This document shows positions 18,908 through 29,200 of a DNA stretch of 64,000 bases, piece after piece. How positions within the stretch are numbered: position 1 is the stretch's first letter; each line of letters begins with the position of its first letter. The translations under genes were made by a program, and so were the position numbers. The notes below the pieces were generated by a model that saw only the letters and a list, made by a program, of their open reading frames with translations, searched no databases and was not told the origin of the DNA. Source of the stretch: an uncultured Gemmatimonadaceae bacterium (GTDB lineage Bacteria > Gemmatimonadota > Gemmatimonadetes > Gemmatimonadales > Gemmatimonadaceae). Location: assembly GCA_963761305.1 (NCBI GenBank), contig CAVXGK010000001.1, positions 992,001 to 1,056,000 on the forward strand. Reading direction: 5' to 3'.

Positions 18908-19101
18908 TACTTGGGTCTTATCGCCGACCCGTGTTTCGGGTACCTCGGCAGTTTCGGGAAACACCCGAAAACGTCATGCGAGCGTCATTCATGACGCTCG
19001 CATGACGCGGCTTGTCGATAAACGCTCTCGATTGAGAGTTTACAAAACGTATCAGAACGACACTGGTACCCGAAATGGCAGTCGGCGATAAGACCCAAGT
19101 A
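18908..19101. mobile_element. Putative MITE / structured inverted-repeat element (~190 bp) flanked by TA
   Basis: CTACTTGGGTCTTATCGCCGAC (18907-18928) is the perfect reverse complement of 19081-19102. After a 5-nt mismatch the stem continues with TTTCGGGTACC (18934-18944) / GGTACCCGAAA (19065-19075). Three internal hairpins; no credible ORF. Confidence 0.6.
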
Positions 19102-19221
19102 GGAGGGCTCGCGTCGCCAAAGTCCTCGCTGGTCGCCGGGCCAATGCGAAAGGGGGCGAATTGAGGGGATGCGAGCCTCGCCATCTGGGTCCCGTTCCTG
19201 ACGCCGTCGTCTTGAGCTTTG

Positions 19222-19560
19222 AGCGACCGTTTTTTCGGTCACCCGACATTTCCAACCGGCCACCGCACTTTTCCATTCTCGCGCGACGGCCCGAGTTCGC
19301 CCGCCAAACGCCGTTTCCTCTCGCCGACGCGACAATTCCGGCCGGCCACCGCAATTTGCCGATCGCGTCAGGCGAGTTTGCCCAGACGGGCAGCCGACTT
19401 TACCGACTGGTCAACGAACCGGTCGTAGTACGCGGCGAACGGGTCACAACGGACGGCGAACCCGACGCACCGACCTCTCATCGTGAGGCCGGGTCGGACG
19501 ACTCGTCGCCCCGGCCAACTGACCTGACGCAGGGCACAGCTCAGTGGTCGTCCCGCCCCT
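19222..19560. repeat. Degenerate tandem array with ~21-bp periodicity
   Basis: 19244-19274 versus 19330-19360 match at 26/31 positions; CGGCGAAC at 19433 and 19454; T-rich triplets recur about every 21 nt. Confidence 0.5.
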
Positions 19561-19941
19561 TCGGCCGCACTGATCGGCCAGTTCGCCCCCGCGCGCGTCA
19601 AGCGAATTGCAGACCTGTCATGGATTTGCTTTTTCTCCCGCTCCACCTGATGCGTCGTTCCGGAAAGCGCAGCGTACGGCTCGCGCGCTCGCGTTGTCTC
19701 GCGGGCATTTTGACCAGGCCGAAGGGCAATCCATCCAACGACTCGGCAGGATGACGCGCCCACATAAGCGCTTTTCTTCTCCCGGTTAACAGGCGACCGA
19801 CCCTGACGATCGGCCGGCGGAGAATGGCTGCCCGAGCTGTTGGCCGTAGCGGAGTAGTGTTAGCCATCGACAGTCGGCCGTCAGCGGCAGGCCGTCGCCC
19901 GCGGAGGATCTCCCGTCAGCCAAAGGCCGAGGATCTTTCAG

Positions 19942-20595
19942 ATGAAGGTTGTCGTATTCGGTGCTACAGGAATGATCGGCCAGGGTGTTCTACGCGAGTG
20001 TCTGCTCGACCCCGGCTTGGATCACGTGTTGACCATCGGCCGCACGCCGACCGGACGGCCGGAGGCGAAACTCCACGATCTCGTCGTGCCGAATCTCCAC
20101 GACCTCTCAGCCGTCGAGTCCCAGCTCGCCGGATTCGATGCGTGCTTCTTCTGCCTCGGCGTCTCGGCTGTTGGCATGACGGAGGAGCAATACTCGCGGA
20201 TCACGTACGACCTCACGCTGTCGGTCGCGAACCTGCTGGCTCGTCTCGATCCGGCGATGACGTTCATCTACGTCTCCGCGGCGGGCGCGTCGTCGAGCGA
20301 GCAAGGCGCGATGTGGGCGCGCGTGCGCGGCCGCACGGAGAACGCGCTCTTCCGCTTGCCGCTTCGCGCGTACGTGTTCCGGCCGGCCCTCATTCGGCCG
20401 CTGCACGGCATCAAATCGCGGACGCGGCTCTACAACGCGGTCTACGTGACGATGGCGCCGGTGATGCCACTCCTCGGCCGGCTCTTTCCCGCGCACGTCA
20501 CGACGACGGAGCAGATCGGACTCGCGATGCTACGCGTGGCGCGTGAGGGATTTCCGCGAAAGATTCTTCACACGGCGGACATCAACTCGCTCTAG
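19942..20595 (+). CDS. NAD(P)-binding Rossmann-fold protein (atypical SDR/epimerase-like)
   Basis: MKVVVFGATGMIG nucleotide-binding motif; DACFFCLG; FIYVSAAGA. Confidence 0.85.
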   Translation: MKVVVFGATGMIGQGVLRECLLDPGLDHVLTIGRTPTGRPEAKLHDLVVPNLHDLSAVESQLAGFDACFFCLGVSAVGMTEEQYSRITYDLTLSVANLLARLDPAMTFIYVSAAGASSSEQGAMWARVRGRTENALFRLPLRAYVFRPALIRPLHGIKSRTRLYNAVYVTMAPVMPLLGRLFPAHVTTTEQIGLAMLRVAREGFPRKILHTADINSL

Positions 20596-20605
20596 CGCCG
20601 CGGCG

Positions 20606-21145
20606 TCAGACCTCTTCGCTCTGGCGCCGCGTCGACCCGCTGGCGCGCGCGGTCTCCGAGCTGCGCCAACTGTCGGGCGTCGGTGGGATCATGTGTTTCG
20701 CTTCCATGCGACCCACGATCAACAGCGTGAAATACGTGAAGGCCGCCAGCACGATCGCGATCTCGGCATGGCCCAGTCCCACGCAGGCGCCGATCGCGGC
20801 GGTGGACCAGATGCTCGCCGCCGTCGCCGTGCCGCGAACCCGGTCGTTGGCCTTGAGGATCGTGCCGCCACCGATGAAGCCGACGCCCGTGACGAGACCT
20901 TGAATGACGTACATCACCGCCACGGAGCCCGGCGGAAACTCGGACGTCGCGAGGAGCACCAGGCCGCACGCGCCGAGCGCGACGATCGGAAACGTGCGCA
21001 GCCCCGCGCTCATGTCGTGCAACTCGCGCTCGCGCGCGATGGGCAGCGTCAACGCCAAGGCCAGCGCCATCCGCACCACGGCGGCGAGCATCAGCGAGAG
21101 ATCGAAACTCATTCCAATGGACATGTCGGCGGGGTTGAACCGCAT
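20606..21145 (-). CDS. MgtC/SapB family membrane protein
   Basis: ERE..SAGLRTFPIV and GVGFIGGGTILK..VRGTATAASIWSTAAIG signatures. True start may be 21124 or 21112. Confidence 0.88.
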   Translation of the reverse strand: MRFNPADMSIGMSFDLSLMLAAVVRMALALALTLPIARERELHDMSAGLRTFPIVALGACGLVLLATSEFPPGSVAVMYVIQGLVTGVGFIGGGTILKANDRVRGTATAASIWSTAAIGACVGLGHAEIAIVLAAFTYFTLLIVGRMEAKHMIPPTPDSWRSSETARASGSTRRQSEEV

Positions 21146-21250
21146 TCAACCTGTTCCGCGAGGGCGGACCAAGGAAGGGCCCTGTTCGGAGGTCGTCGCG
21201 GTGCCTATCGTAGAGTCATGATTGCCATGTACAAGGTGTTGCAACGCGGG

Positions 21251-21457
21251 ATGACGCGGGAAAACAAGCTCGGAGCCTTGTTGGCCATCCTGACTTGTCC
21301 ATGTCACGTCGTAATGCTCGGGTTCGTACTGACCGGAACGGTCGTCGGTACCTGGCTTCTCGCGGTCCGCGCCTATGTCATTCTCGCGTTCTCGCTGCTT
21401 TTCCTGCTTGGACTCTGGCTCATGATGCGGCCGGATCCTGCCTGTCGTCTCGACTAG
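21251..21457 (+). CDS. MerE-like small membrane metal transporter
   Basis: 3' end of ORF-track frame 20543..21457. GALLAILTCPCHVVMLGFVLTGTVVG resembles the MerE LAVLTCPCHL..LAGT motif; two TM helices. Alternative starts 21218 and 21227. Confidence 0.7.
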   Translation: MTRENKLGALLAILTCPCHVVMLGFVLTGTVVGTWLLAVRAYVILAFSLLFLLGLWLMMRPDPACRLD

Positions 21458-21467
21458 ACCCCTCGAC

Positions 21468-24400
21468 ATGACCACCATTCGCCGACTTCTCCGCCCGGCC
21501 GCGGTGTCAGTTGCCGCGCTCACGTTCGCCGGTTCCGCCCGTGCCCAAACCGGCGGCGGTCCGGTCGACCCACGGGTGTACTCCGCGCTAACCTGGCGAA
21601 ACCTCGGGCCCTTCCGTGGCGGACGAGTCGCGGCGGTGAGCGGCGCGATCGGACAGCCGGGCGTGTTCTACATCGGGTTGCCCGCCGCGGGTGTGTGGAA
21701 GACCACGAGCGCGGGGCAGACCTGGTTCCCGATCTTCGACGCGATCAAGGACGTCTCGTCGATCGGCTCCGTCGACGTCGCGCCGTCCGATCCGAACATC
21801 ATTTACGTCGGCACAGGCGACATCATCACCGGTGGATCCATCAACGAGGGCAACGGCGTCTACAAGTCGACCGACGCCGGGCGAACCTGGCGTCACCTGG
21901 GGCTCGACGCAACGAAGCAGATCCCGTCGATGTCCGTGGACCCGCACGATCCGAAGGTCGTGCTGCTGGCGGCGCAAGGGAACGTGCACGCAAAGACGCA
22001 TGAGCGCGGCGTGTACCGTAGCACCGACGGCGGGACGACGTGGACGCAGACGCTCTTCGTCGACGACAGCACCGGCGCGCAGAAGATCTCGCGCGCCTTC
22101 GACACGCCGAACACCGTCTTTGCGACGACGGTCGCGCACTACGCTCCGCCGCCGCCGGCGACTGGCGCAGGAGGAGGAGTCGGCGGCGGCGGGCGCGGCG
22201 GTCCGCAAGCGGGACCGACGAGCACGAAGCTCTTCAAGTCGACCGACGGCGGCGCCACGTGGACCGAGATCTCCGGGAACGGGCTTCCGGCGCGCCTCAC
22301 CGGGAAGCTGTGGGTCGCCGTCGCCAACAACTCCAACGCGCAGCGCGTGTACGTGATCGGCGATGCGGGCCTCTACCGCTCCGACGACGGCGGCGCGACG
22401 TGGCACCAGATGGCTGCCGACGATGAGAGAATTCGTAACGGGCAGGGTGGCTACAACTGCGGCGTCTACGTCGACCCGCAGAACCCCGACGTCGTCTACA
22501 CGCTCAACACGGCAAGCTACAAGTCCACCGACGGCGGCAAGACGTTCACTGGTTTCAAGGGGGCGCCGGGCGGGGACGATCCGCAGCAGATGTGGATCGA
22601 TCCGACCAACGGCCAGCGCATGCTGTTCGGCTACGACCAGGGCGCGATCGTCTCGCTCGACGGCGGCGGTACGTGGAGCTCGTGGTACAACCAATCGACC
22701 GAGCAGATCTACCACCTGTCGATCGACAACTCGGTTCCCTACTGGGTCTATGGCACGCAGCAGGACGCCGGCGCCATCCGCACCCGTATCCGCGGCAACC
22801 TGGGCGCGATCACGCCGCTGGACTGGAACCCCGTCTCGGGCTGGGAATGGGGCACGATCGTCCCCGACCCGCTCGACCCGAATACGGTCTACGCCAGCGG
22901 CTCGGGCATTTTGAAGATCTCGTATCCGGGCGAGCAGTGGATCAACGTGAGCCCGGCAATCGATGCCTCGCGGCAGCTGCGTACGACGAGCGACCAGCCG
23001 CTCGTGTTCGCGCCATGGAACAAGCACATGCTCATCGCCGCATTCCAGTCGGTGTGGACGACGATCGACGGCGGCGCGCACTGGACCTCGATCAGCCCCG
23101 ACCTCGCCATGCGCTCCGACGCGCCGCGCCCGGCGAACGGCGGACCTCCGGTGGGCGGCGCGATTCAATCGATGCGCGCGTCGACCGTGGGCACGGGCAC
23201 GATCTGGGTCGGCACCAACAATGGACTCATCAAGGTCACGCACGACGGCGGCAAAACCTGGTCGGACGCGAGCATTCCGGGAATTCCCAGCGTGCAGCGC
23301 GCCGAAGTGCTGAGCGTCGAACCGTCGCACTTCGACGCCGCCGAAGCGTACGCCGTGCTCGGCCTCTATCGCCTCGGCGACTACACACCGTACGTCTTTC
23401 GCACGCGCGACTCGGGGAAATCGTGGACCCGCATCACCGAGGGACTCGCGACCAATCAGCCGAGTGGCAGCTTCGCGCGCGTCGTGCGGAACGACCCGCA
23501 GCGCAGAGGGCTGCTGTTCGCCGGCACGGAGAGCGGCATGTACGTGTCGTTCGACGACGGCGACCATTGGTCGACGCTGTCGCTCAACCTGCCGACGACG
23601 TCCAATCGCGATATCGCGCTCAAGGACAACGACATCGTCGTCTCGACCTACGGTCGTGGCTTCTGGGTGATCGACGACTACTCGATGCTTCGCCAGGTCT
23701 CGTCGAACACGGCGAGCGAGGCCGCGCACCTGTTCAAGCCGGGTGACGTGATTCGCGCGCGGCGCAACGTCGGCGCCGACACGCCCTTCCCGCCCGAGGT
23801 GCCGCACGCGCTCAACCCGGCGGAAGGCGTGCAGATCGACTACTGGCTGGCGCAGGCAGCGCGCGGCGACGTCACGCTCGACGTGCTCGACGCGTCGGGC
23901 GCTCTCGTGCGCCACATGACGAGTGCGGCGGTGGCCCCCGTGTCCGAAGCGGCGCGTCCTCCCGAGCCGAACTTCTGGATCGCTCCTCCGACGTCGATTC
24001 CCGCGATCGTCGGCGGCAATCGCACACATTGGGATCTCCGCTACGATCCGCCCAACTCGTTCGCGCACTCGTTCGAGATCAATGCGAATCCCGGTCAGAC
24101 ACCGCCATCGCCCGAGGGTCCGGTGGCGATTCCGGGCACGTACACGCTCAAGCTCACCGTCGACGGCAGGAGCTATTCGCAGACCGTGTGGATCAAGCCC
24201 GATCCGCACTCTCCGGCGCCCGTCGCGGCGATCGCCGCGCAGCACGCGCTGCAGATGAAGCTCCTGCAGGGAATCAACGTGTCGTTCGACGGGCGGCGCA
24301 CTGCACAGGAGCTGCGCGACGCCCTGCATCCGCCGGCCAGCAGCACATCCGAAGCCGCGGCAAGAGCCAACGCACTCGCCGCGCAGCTCGACACGATCAT

Positions 24401-24680
24401 CGGCGGGAACGGTGGCGGTCGGGGACGTGGACGCGGCGGTCAGGGCGGACTGCCGAACTTCCAGGCGCTCAATGGCGCGTTCGTCGCGCAGCTCAACGCG
24501 CAGGACCTCGGCGACTTGGCGCCGACATCGGCGACGCTCGCGGCGTTCGGCGCGAGCTGTCGCGACTTGTCGAAAGCGGTGGCTACACTGGAGAAAATCG
24601 AGGCTGGGGCCGCGGCGCTGAAGACAGCCGCGGATGCGATCGATATTCCTCGCGGCGGCCTCAAGCCGCCTGTGTGCTAG
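21468..24680 (+). CDS. Exported VPS10/sortilin-like (BNR/Asp-box) beta-propeller protein, glycosyl-hydrolase-like
   Basis: Signal peptide; WRNLGPFRGGRV start; many S.DGG.TW Asp-boxes; C-terminal PGTYTLKLTVDG domain. Confidence 0.85.
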   Translation: MTTIRRLLRPAAVSVAALTFAGSARAQTGGGPVDPRVYSALTWRNLGPFRGGRVAAVSGAIGQPGVFYIGLPAAGVWKTTSAGQTWFPIFDAIKDVSSIGSVDVAPSDPNIIYVGTGDIITGGSINEGNGVYKSTDAGRTWRHLGLDATKQIPSMSVDPHDPKVVLLAAQGNVHAKTHERGVYRSTDGGTTWTQTLFVDDSTGAQKISRAFDTPNTVFATTVAHYAPPPPATGAGGGVGGGGRGGPQAGPTSTKLFKSTDGGATWTEISGNGLPARLTGKLWVAVANNSNAQRVYVIGDAGLYRSDDGGATWHQMAADDERIRNGQGGYNCGVYVDPQNPDVVYTLNTASYKSTDGGKTFTGFKGAPGGDDPQQMWIDPTNGQRMLFGYDQGAIVSLDGGGTWSSWYNQSTEQIYHLSIDNSVPYWVYGTQQDAGAIRTRIRGNLGAITPLDWNPVSGWEWGTIVPDPLDPNTVYASGSGILKISYPGEQWINVSPAIDASRQLRTTSDQPLVFAPWNKHMLIAAFQSVWTTIDGGAHWTSISPDLAMRSDAPRPANGGPPVGGAIQSMRASTVGTGTIWVGTNNGLIKVTHDGGKTWSDASIPGIPSVQRAEVLSVEPSHFDAAEAYAVLGLYRLGDYTPYVFRTRDSGKSWTRITEGLATNQPSGSFARVVRNDPQRRGLLFAGTESGMYVSFDDGDHWSTLSLNLPTTSNRDIALKDNDIVVSTYGRGFWVIDDYSMLRQVSSNTASEAAHLFKPGDVIRARRNVGADTPFPPEVPHALNPAEGVQIDYWLAQAARGDVTLDVLDASGALVRHMTSAAVAPVSEAARPPEPNFWIAPPTSIPAIVGGNRTHWDLRYDPPNSFAHSFEINANPGQTPPSPEGPVAIPGTYTLKLTVDGRSYSQTVWIKPDPHSPAPVAAIAAQHALQMKLLQGINVSFDGRRTAQELRDALHPPASSTSEAAARANALAAQLDTIIGGNGGGRGRGRGGQGGLPNFQALNGAFVAQLNAQDLGDLAPTSATLAAFGASCRDLSKAVATLEKIEAGAAALKTAADAIDIPRGGLKPPVC

Positions 24681-24743
24681 GGAGCGGCGAGTAAACGGCG
24701 AACCCCGAATCTCAGAACGTCATGTCGATGCTCAACGCTGAGA

Positions 24744-26222
24744 CTACCGCCAGGTCCCCCCGAGCGCCTTGTACAACTCCACCGCCGCCGTCAGCTCGCC
24801 GAGCTGCGCCTGACTCAGCGCCAGCTCGGCGCTGAAGAGGCTTCGCTGCGCGTCGAGCAGATCGAGATACGACGACAATCCGGCGTCGTACCTCGACTCG
24901 GCGAGGCTGAGCGCCTGCCGCAACGCGCGCGCCTGGGTCGCTTGCGCCACGGCCTCGTCACGCGCGAAGCGGACGCCGGCGAGCGCGTCGTTCGCTTCGC
25001 GCACGGCGTTGAGCGCGGTTGACTCGTACGACGCACGCGATTGATCGGCCCGCGCCCGTGCCTGCGCCGACTGGTTCGACAGCCGGCCGTTGTCGAACAA
25101 CGGAAATGAAACTCCGGCGAACAGCTGGTAGACGTGCGTATTGTCGGCGAACACGTTGTTCGGCAGACCCGCCTGTGTGCCGAGCGACCCGACGATGCTG
25201 ACCGTCGGCAGGCGAGCCGCGTCGGCCACCCCGATGCGCGCATGCGCCGCGGCGTAGTTGCGCTCGGCCTGTTGCACGTCGGGTCGGCGCGCGAGGAGAC
25301 CGGCGGGAATCGAGTCGGGGATCTGAAGCGCCTCGACCGCCGCGGCCAGCGTGCCGCGCCGCGGAATCGCCGTCGGGCCTTCGCCGAGGAGCACGTTGAG
25401 ATTGTGCTCGGTGACGGCGGTGGCGCGCTCGCTCTGCGCGAGCGTCACTGCAGGCGCGGCAACCTGCGCCTCGAACTGACGTACGTCGAGCTCCGAGGTG
25501 AGTCCTTCCGAGTATCGCGCACGCGCCACGTCGAGCGTGGATTGGCGCGAGCTGAGCGTCCGCTCGGCGATCAGCCGCTCCTGATCCAACTCGAGCAGCT
25601 GGAGATAGCTCGACGCCACGTTGCTGACGAGCGACAGCACCGTCGCGCGCTCCGCCGCTTCCTCGGCGCCGAGGTCGGCGGAAGCAGCGCGAACGCCGTT
25701 CCGGAGTCGGCCCCAGAAGTCGAGCTCCCATGCGAGATCCGAGGTGAAGCGCGCCGCGCGATAGGCGGTCGGCGGAAACGATCCGATCACGACCTGGTTC
25801 GTGCTCTCGGAGCCGTTGAGCGTGAGCGACGGAGCGAGCGGCGACCTGGCCACGCCCACCGCCGCTCGAAATTCGCGAACGCGCGCCTCGGCCACCCGGA
25901 GGTCGCGATTCTGTTCGAGCGCGACGTGGACGAGCCGCACGAGCGTCGTGTCGCGAAGAAGATCGAGCCAGGCGACCGCCGCCGTCGAGTCGGTCACGGC
26001 AAGACGGCGCACCGCCGGTACCGCGGCGATGCGTGCCGTGTCGGCGCGGCGCGCCGCGGCGAGCGAATCGAAGAACGCGCGCGACGAGTCGCTCGTTCGC
26101 GCGACCCCGATCTTGTCCTTCGAACTGACGACGGTCTCGGGCACGTAGCGCGGGCCGGCAAGGCAGCCCAGACCGAAGACCATGGGCACCGTCGCGAGAA
26201 CTACCCCGACGCGGCGCTTCAT
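24744..26222 (-). CDS. RND efflux outer-membrane factor (NodT/OprM/TolC-family lipoprotein)
   Basis: Lipobox LGLGC-like (FGLGC); WELDFWGRLR, LLARRPDV and LYKALGG motifs. Confidence 0.92.
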   Translation of the reverse strand: MKRRVGVVLATVPMVFGLGCLAGPRYVPETVVSSKDKIGVARTSDSSRAFFDSLAAARRADTARIAAVPAVRRLAVTDSTAAVAWLDLLRDTTLVRLVHVALEQNRDLRVAEARVREFRAAVGVARSPLAPSLTLNGSESTNQVVIGSFPPTAYRAARFTSDLAWELDFWGRLRNGVRAASADLGAEEAAERATVLSLVSNVASSYLQLLELDQERLIAERTLSSRQSTLDVARARYSEGLTSELDVRQFEAQVAAPAVTLAQSERATAVTEHNLNVLLGEGPTAIPRRGTLAAAVEALQIPDSIPAGLLARRPDVQQAERNYAAAHARIGVADAARLPTVSIVGSLGTQAGLPNNVFADNTHVYQLFAGVSFPLFDNGRLSNQSAQARARADQSRASYESTALNAVREANDALAGVRFARDEAVAQATQARALRQALSLAESRYDAGLSSYLDLLDAQRSLFSAELALSQAQLGELTAAVELYKALGGTWR

Positions 26223-29200
26223 GCGCGCTCCGTCGTCGGCGCGGCGACGGGCTCTCGTTCCGCTGCACCGGACCGTCCTTCCGCCAACCCGCGAATGATT
26301 CGGAAGAAGAGCGGGATGAAGAAGATGCCGACCGTCGTGGCGAACAACATGCCCGCGAACACGCCCGTGCCGATCGAGTGGCGGCTCACCGCGCCCGCAC
26401 CGCTCGCCAGCATCAGCGGCAGCACGCCGAGGATGAACGCGAACGACGTCATCAGAATTGGCCGCAGTCGTTCGCGCGCCGCTTCGACCGCCGCCTGTCG
26501 TATGCTCATGCCGTGCGCGCGCAACTCGTTCGCGAACTCGACGATCAGAATCGCGTTCTTCGCCGCGAGACCGACGACGGTGATCAAGCCGACCTGGAAG
26601 TAGATGTCGTTCGGCTGGTGTCGGACCCAGATGCCGAGCAGCGCGCCGAGCACACCGAACGGAACGCCGAACAAGACGGCGAACGGCACCGACCAGCTCT
26701 CATACTGCGCCGCGAGCACGAGGAACACGAGCACGAGGCCGAGCGCGAACACGAGCGCCGCGTCGCCGCTCGACGCGCGTTCTTGAAAGGACTGGCCGGA
26801 GTACGACACGCCGAGGCCCGCCGACCCGAATTGGTTGGCGATGAGATCGTCGACCTGGTGCAACAGCTCGCCGGTACTGTGCCCGGCCTTGGGCGTTCCC
26901 GTAAACTGAGCCGAGGTGAACCCGTTGAACCGCGGCACCACCGTCGGCGCGCTACGGAAGCTCACCGTCGTCACGGCCGACACCGGGACCATCGTGTTGT
27001 TTGCGCCGCGCACGTAGAGCTTTCCGATGTCGGTCGGCGTCTGGCGGAATTGCGGCAGCGCGAGCGCCTGCACGCGATACGTCTTGCCCTGAAGGTTGAA
27101 GTCGTTGATGTAGAGCGACGACAGGTTCGCCTGGAGCGTCGCGAACAAATCGGTGAGGTTGATCCCGCGCGCCTTGGCCGCCGTGCGATCGACGGTCACG
27201 TAGACCTGCGGGACCGCGGCGCGGAACGTCGTGTTGAGCGCACCCGCCGCCGGCAGTTGGTTCACCGCCTGCCGGAATTCGTTCACGTGCTGTGCGAAGG
27301 TGCGAATGTCCTGCCCGTTCCGGTTCTGCAGATTGATTTCGACGCCGGCGGTGATGCCGAGTCCCGGCACCTCCGGCAAGTTGAAGCCGAACGCGTTGGC
27401 ATCGGGCAGCCCGAACAGCTTGCGGTTGATGCGGCCAGCGAGCGAATCCAGCGCGTCGTGCGGCGAGCGTTCGTCCCACGGCTTCACGTTGAGAAAGACC
27501 GTCGCGCCGTTGGTCGCGTTCGACTGCGTGAGCAGATCGAGTCCGACGAGCGCCACGATGTTCTTCACCGCCGGCTCGGCGCGCAGGATTTTTTCGATCG
27601 ACGCGACCGTGGCTTCCGTACGCTGCAGCGACGCCGCGTCGGGCAGCTGCACCGAGAGCGCCATGTAGCCCTTGTCTTCCGTCGGAATGAACGCCGTCGG
27701 AATGCGGCGCCAGAAGACGCCCGCCAGCCCGACGATGATCAGAAACACAGCGACCCAGATCGGCGGACGCCGAATCACGGAACTCACCGCCCCGACGTAA
27801 CCGTTCGTCGCGCGCGTGAACAGGCGGTTGAACCACCCGAAGAATCCGGTCGTATGCGTCACCTCGGACTCCGTGAGCAGCAGCGCGCAGAGCGCCGGCG
27901 TCAGCGTGAGCGCGACGATGCCCGACAGCACGACGGCGATCACGATCGTCATCGCGAACTGCTTGAATAGCTCGCCCGTCACACCGCCGATGAATGCCAC
28001 CGGCACGAACACGGAGCACAGCACGAGCACGATCGCGACGAGCGCGCTGCCCACCTGACGAATCGCCTTGTCGGCAGCGAGTCGCGGCGGAAGGCCCTCG
28101 CTCGCCATGATGCGTTCGACGTTCTCGATCACGACGATCGCGTCGTCGACGACGATGCCGATCGCCAGCACGAGCCCGAACAGCGTGAGCACGTTGATCG
28201 ACATCCCGAAGGCGAGCAGACCGAGGAACGTACCGATGACGCTCACTGGCACGGCGAGCATCGGGATCAACGTGGCGCGCCAGCTCTGCAAGAACAAAAA
28301 GACGACCAGCGTCACGAGGATCATCGCCTCGACGAGCGTGATCGTGACCTCGTGAATCGACGCGCTGACGAACGGCGTCGTGTCGAACGGCAGGGCCCAG
28401 TGCACGCCCTTGGGAAATCCGGTCTGCATCTCGTTCAACCGATCGACCACAGCCTCCTTCACCGCGAGCGCGTTGGCGCCGGGCCGCATGTACAGCAGCA
28501 CGAATGCCGTCGGCACGCCGTTGAGCCGGCCCTCGAGGTCGTAGCTGCGCGCGCCGAGTGAGGCATGCCCGACGTCCCGTAACCGTATCACCGAACCGTC
28601 CGGCCGCGCGCGGATCACGATGTCGTTGAACTCGTCGGGCGTCTGCAATCGGCCGATCGTCGTGATCGGCAGCGTAAGCTGCGTGCCCGGCGGCGACGGC
28701 TCGGCGCCGAGTCGGCCCGCCGGATTCGTCGCGTTCTGCTCGCGCACCGCAGCGGCGATGTCGCTGACCGTGAGGCCCAACTGTGCCATCTTGTCGGGGT
28801 CGAGCTGGAGAAGCATCGAGAAATCGCGCGCCGGGAACGGCGTCGCGTCGCCCACGCCCGTCACCCGCTTCAGCTCGTCCACGACGTTGACCTTCATGTA
28901 GTTCGCGAGATACGTCGCGTCGTAACGCGGATCGTCCGACTGCAGCGCGACCACGGCGAGGATGTCGGTGTTCGCCTTGAGGATCGTGATGCCGTTCGTG
29001 CGCACCGCGTCGGGCAGCTGCGGCTCGGCCAGCTTCTCGGCGTTCTGCACGTCGACCGCGGCGAGATCCTGGTTGCGCGAGACGTCGAACGTCACGTTGA
29101 TCGTCGTCGAGCCGTCGCTGGCGTTCGACGACGCGTAGTAGAGCATGCCCTGGAGTCCGGCGAGCTGTTCCTCGATCGGCGCGGCCACCGCCTGCGCCGC

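Noticed and set aside
18901..19108. Retron msr-msd or tRNA interpretation of the multi-hairpin element
   Set aside because: No adjacent reverse transcriptase, no tRNA T-loop or acceptor-stem features, and the size is wrong for a tRNA.
18918..19867. Short ORFs in the 1.1-kb gap called as genes
   Set aside because: They overlap one another, show atypical codon usage and have no recognisable domains or clear RBS. Left uncalled, though a decayed gene cannot be excluded.
21190..21250. MerR-type promoter upstream of the MerE-like gene
   Set aside because: No convincing dyad within a 19-bp -35/-10 spacer, and no merR nearby.
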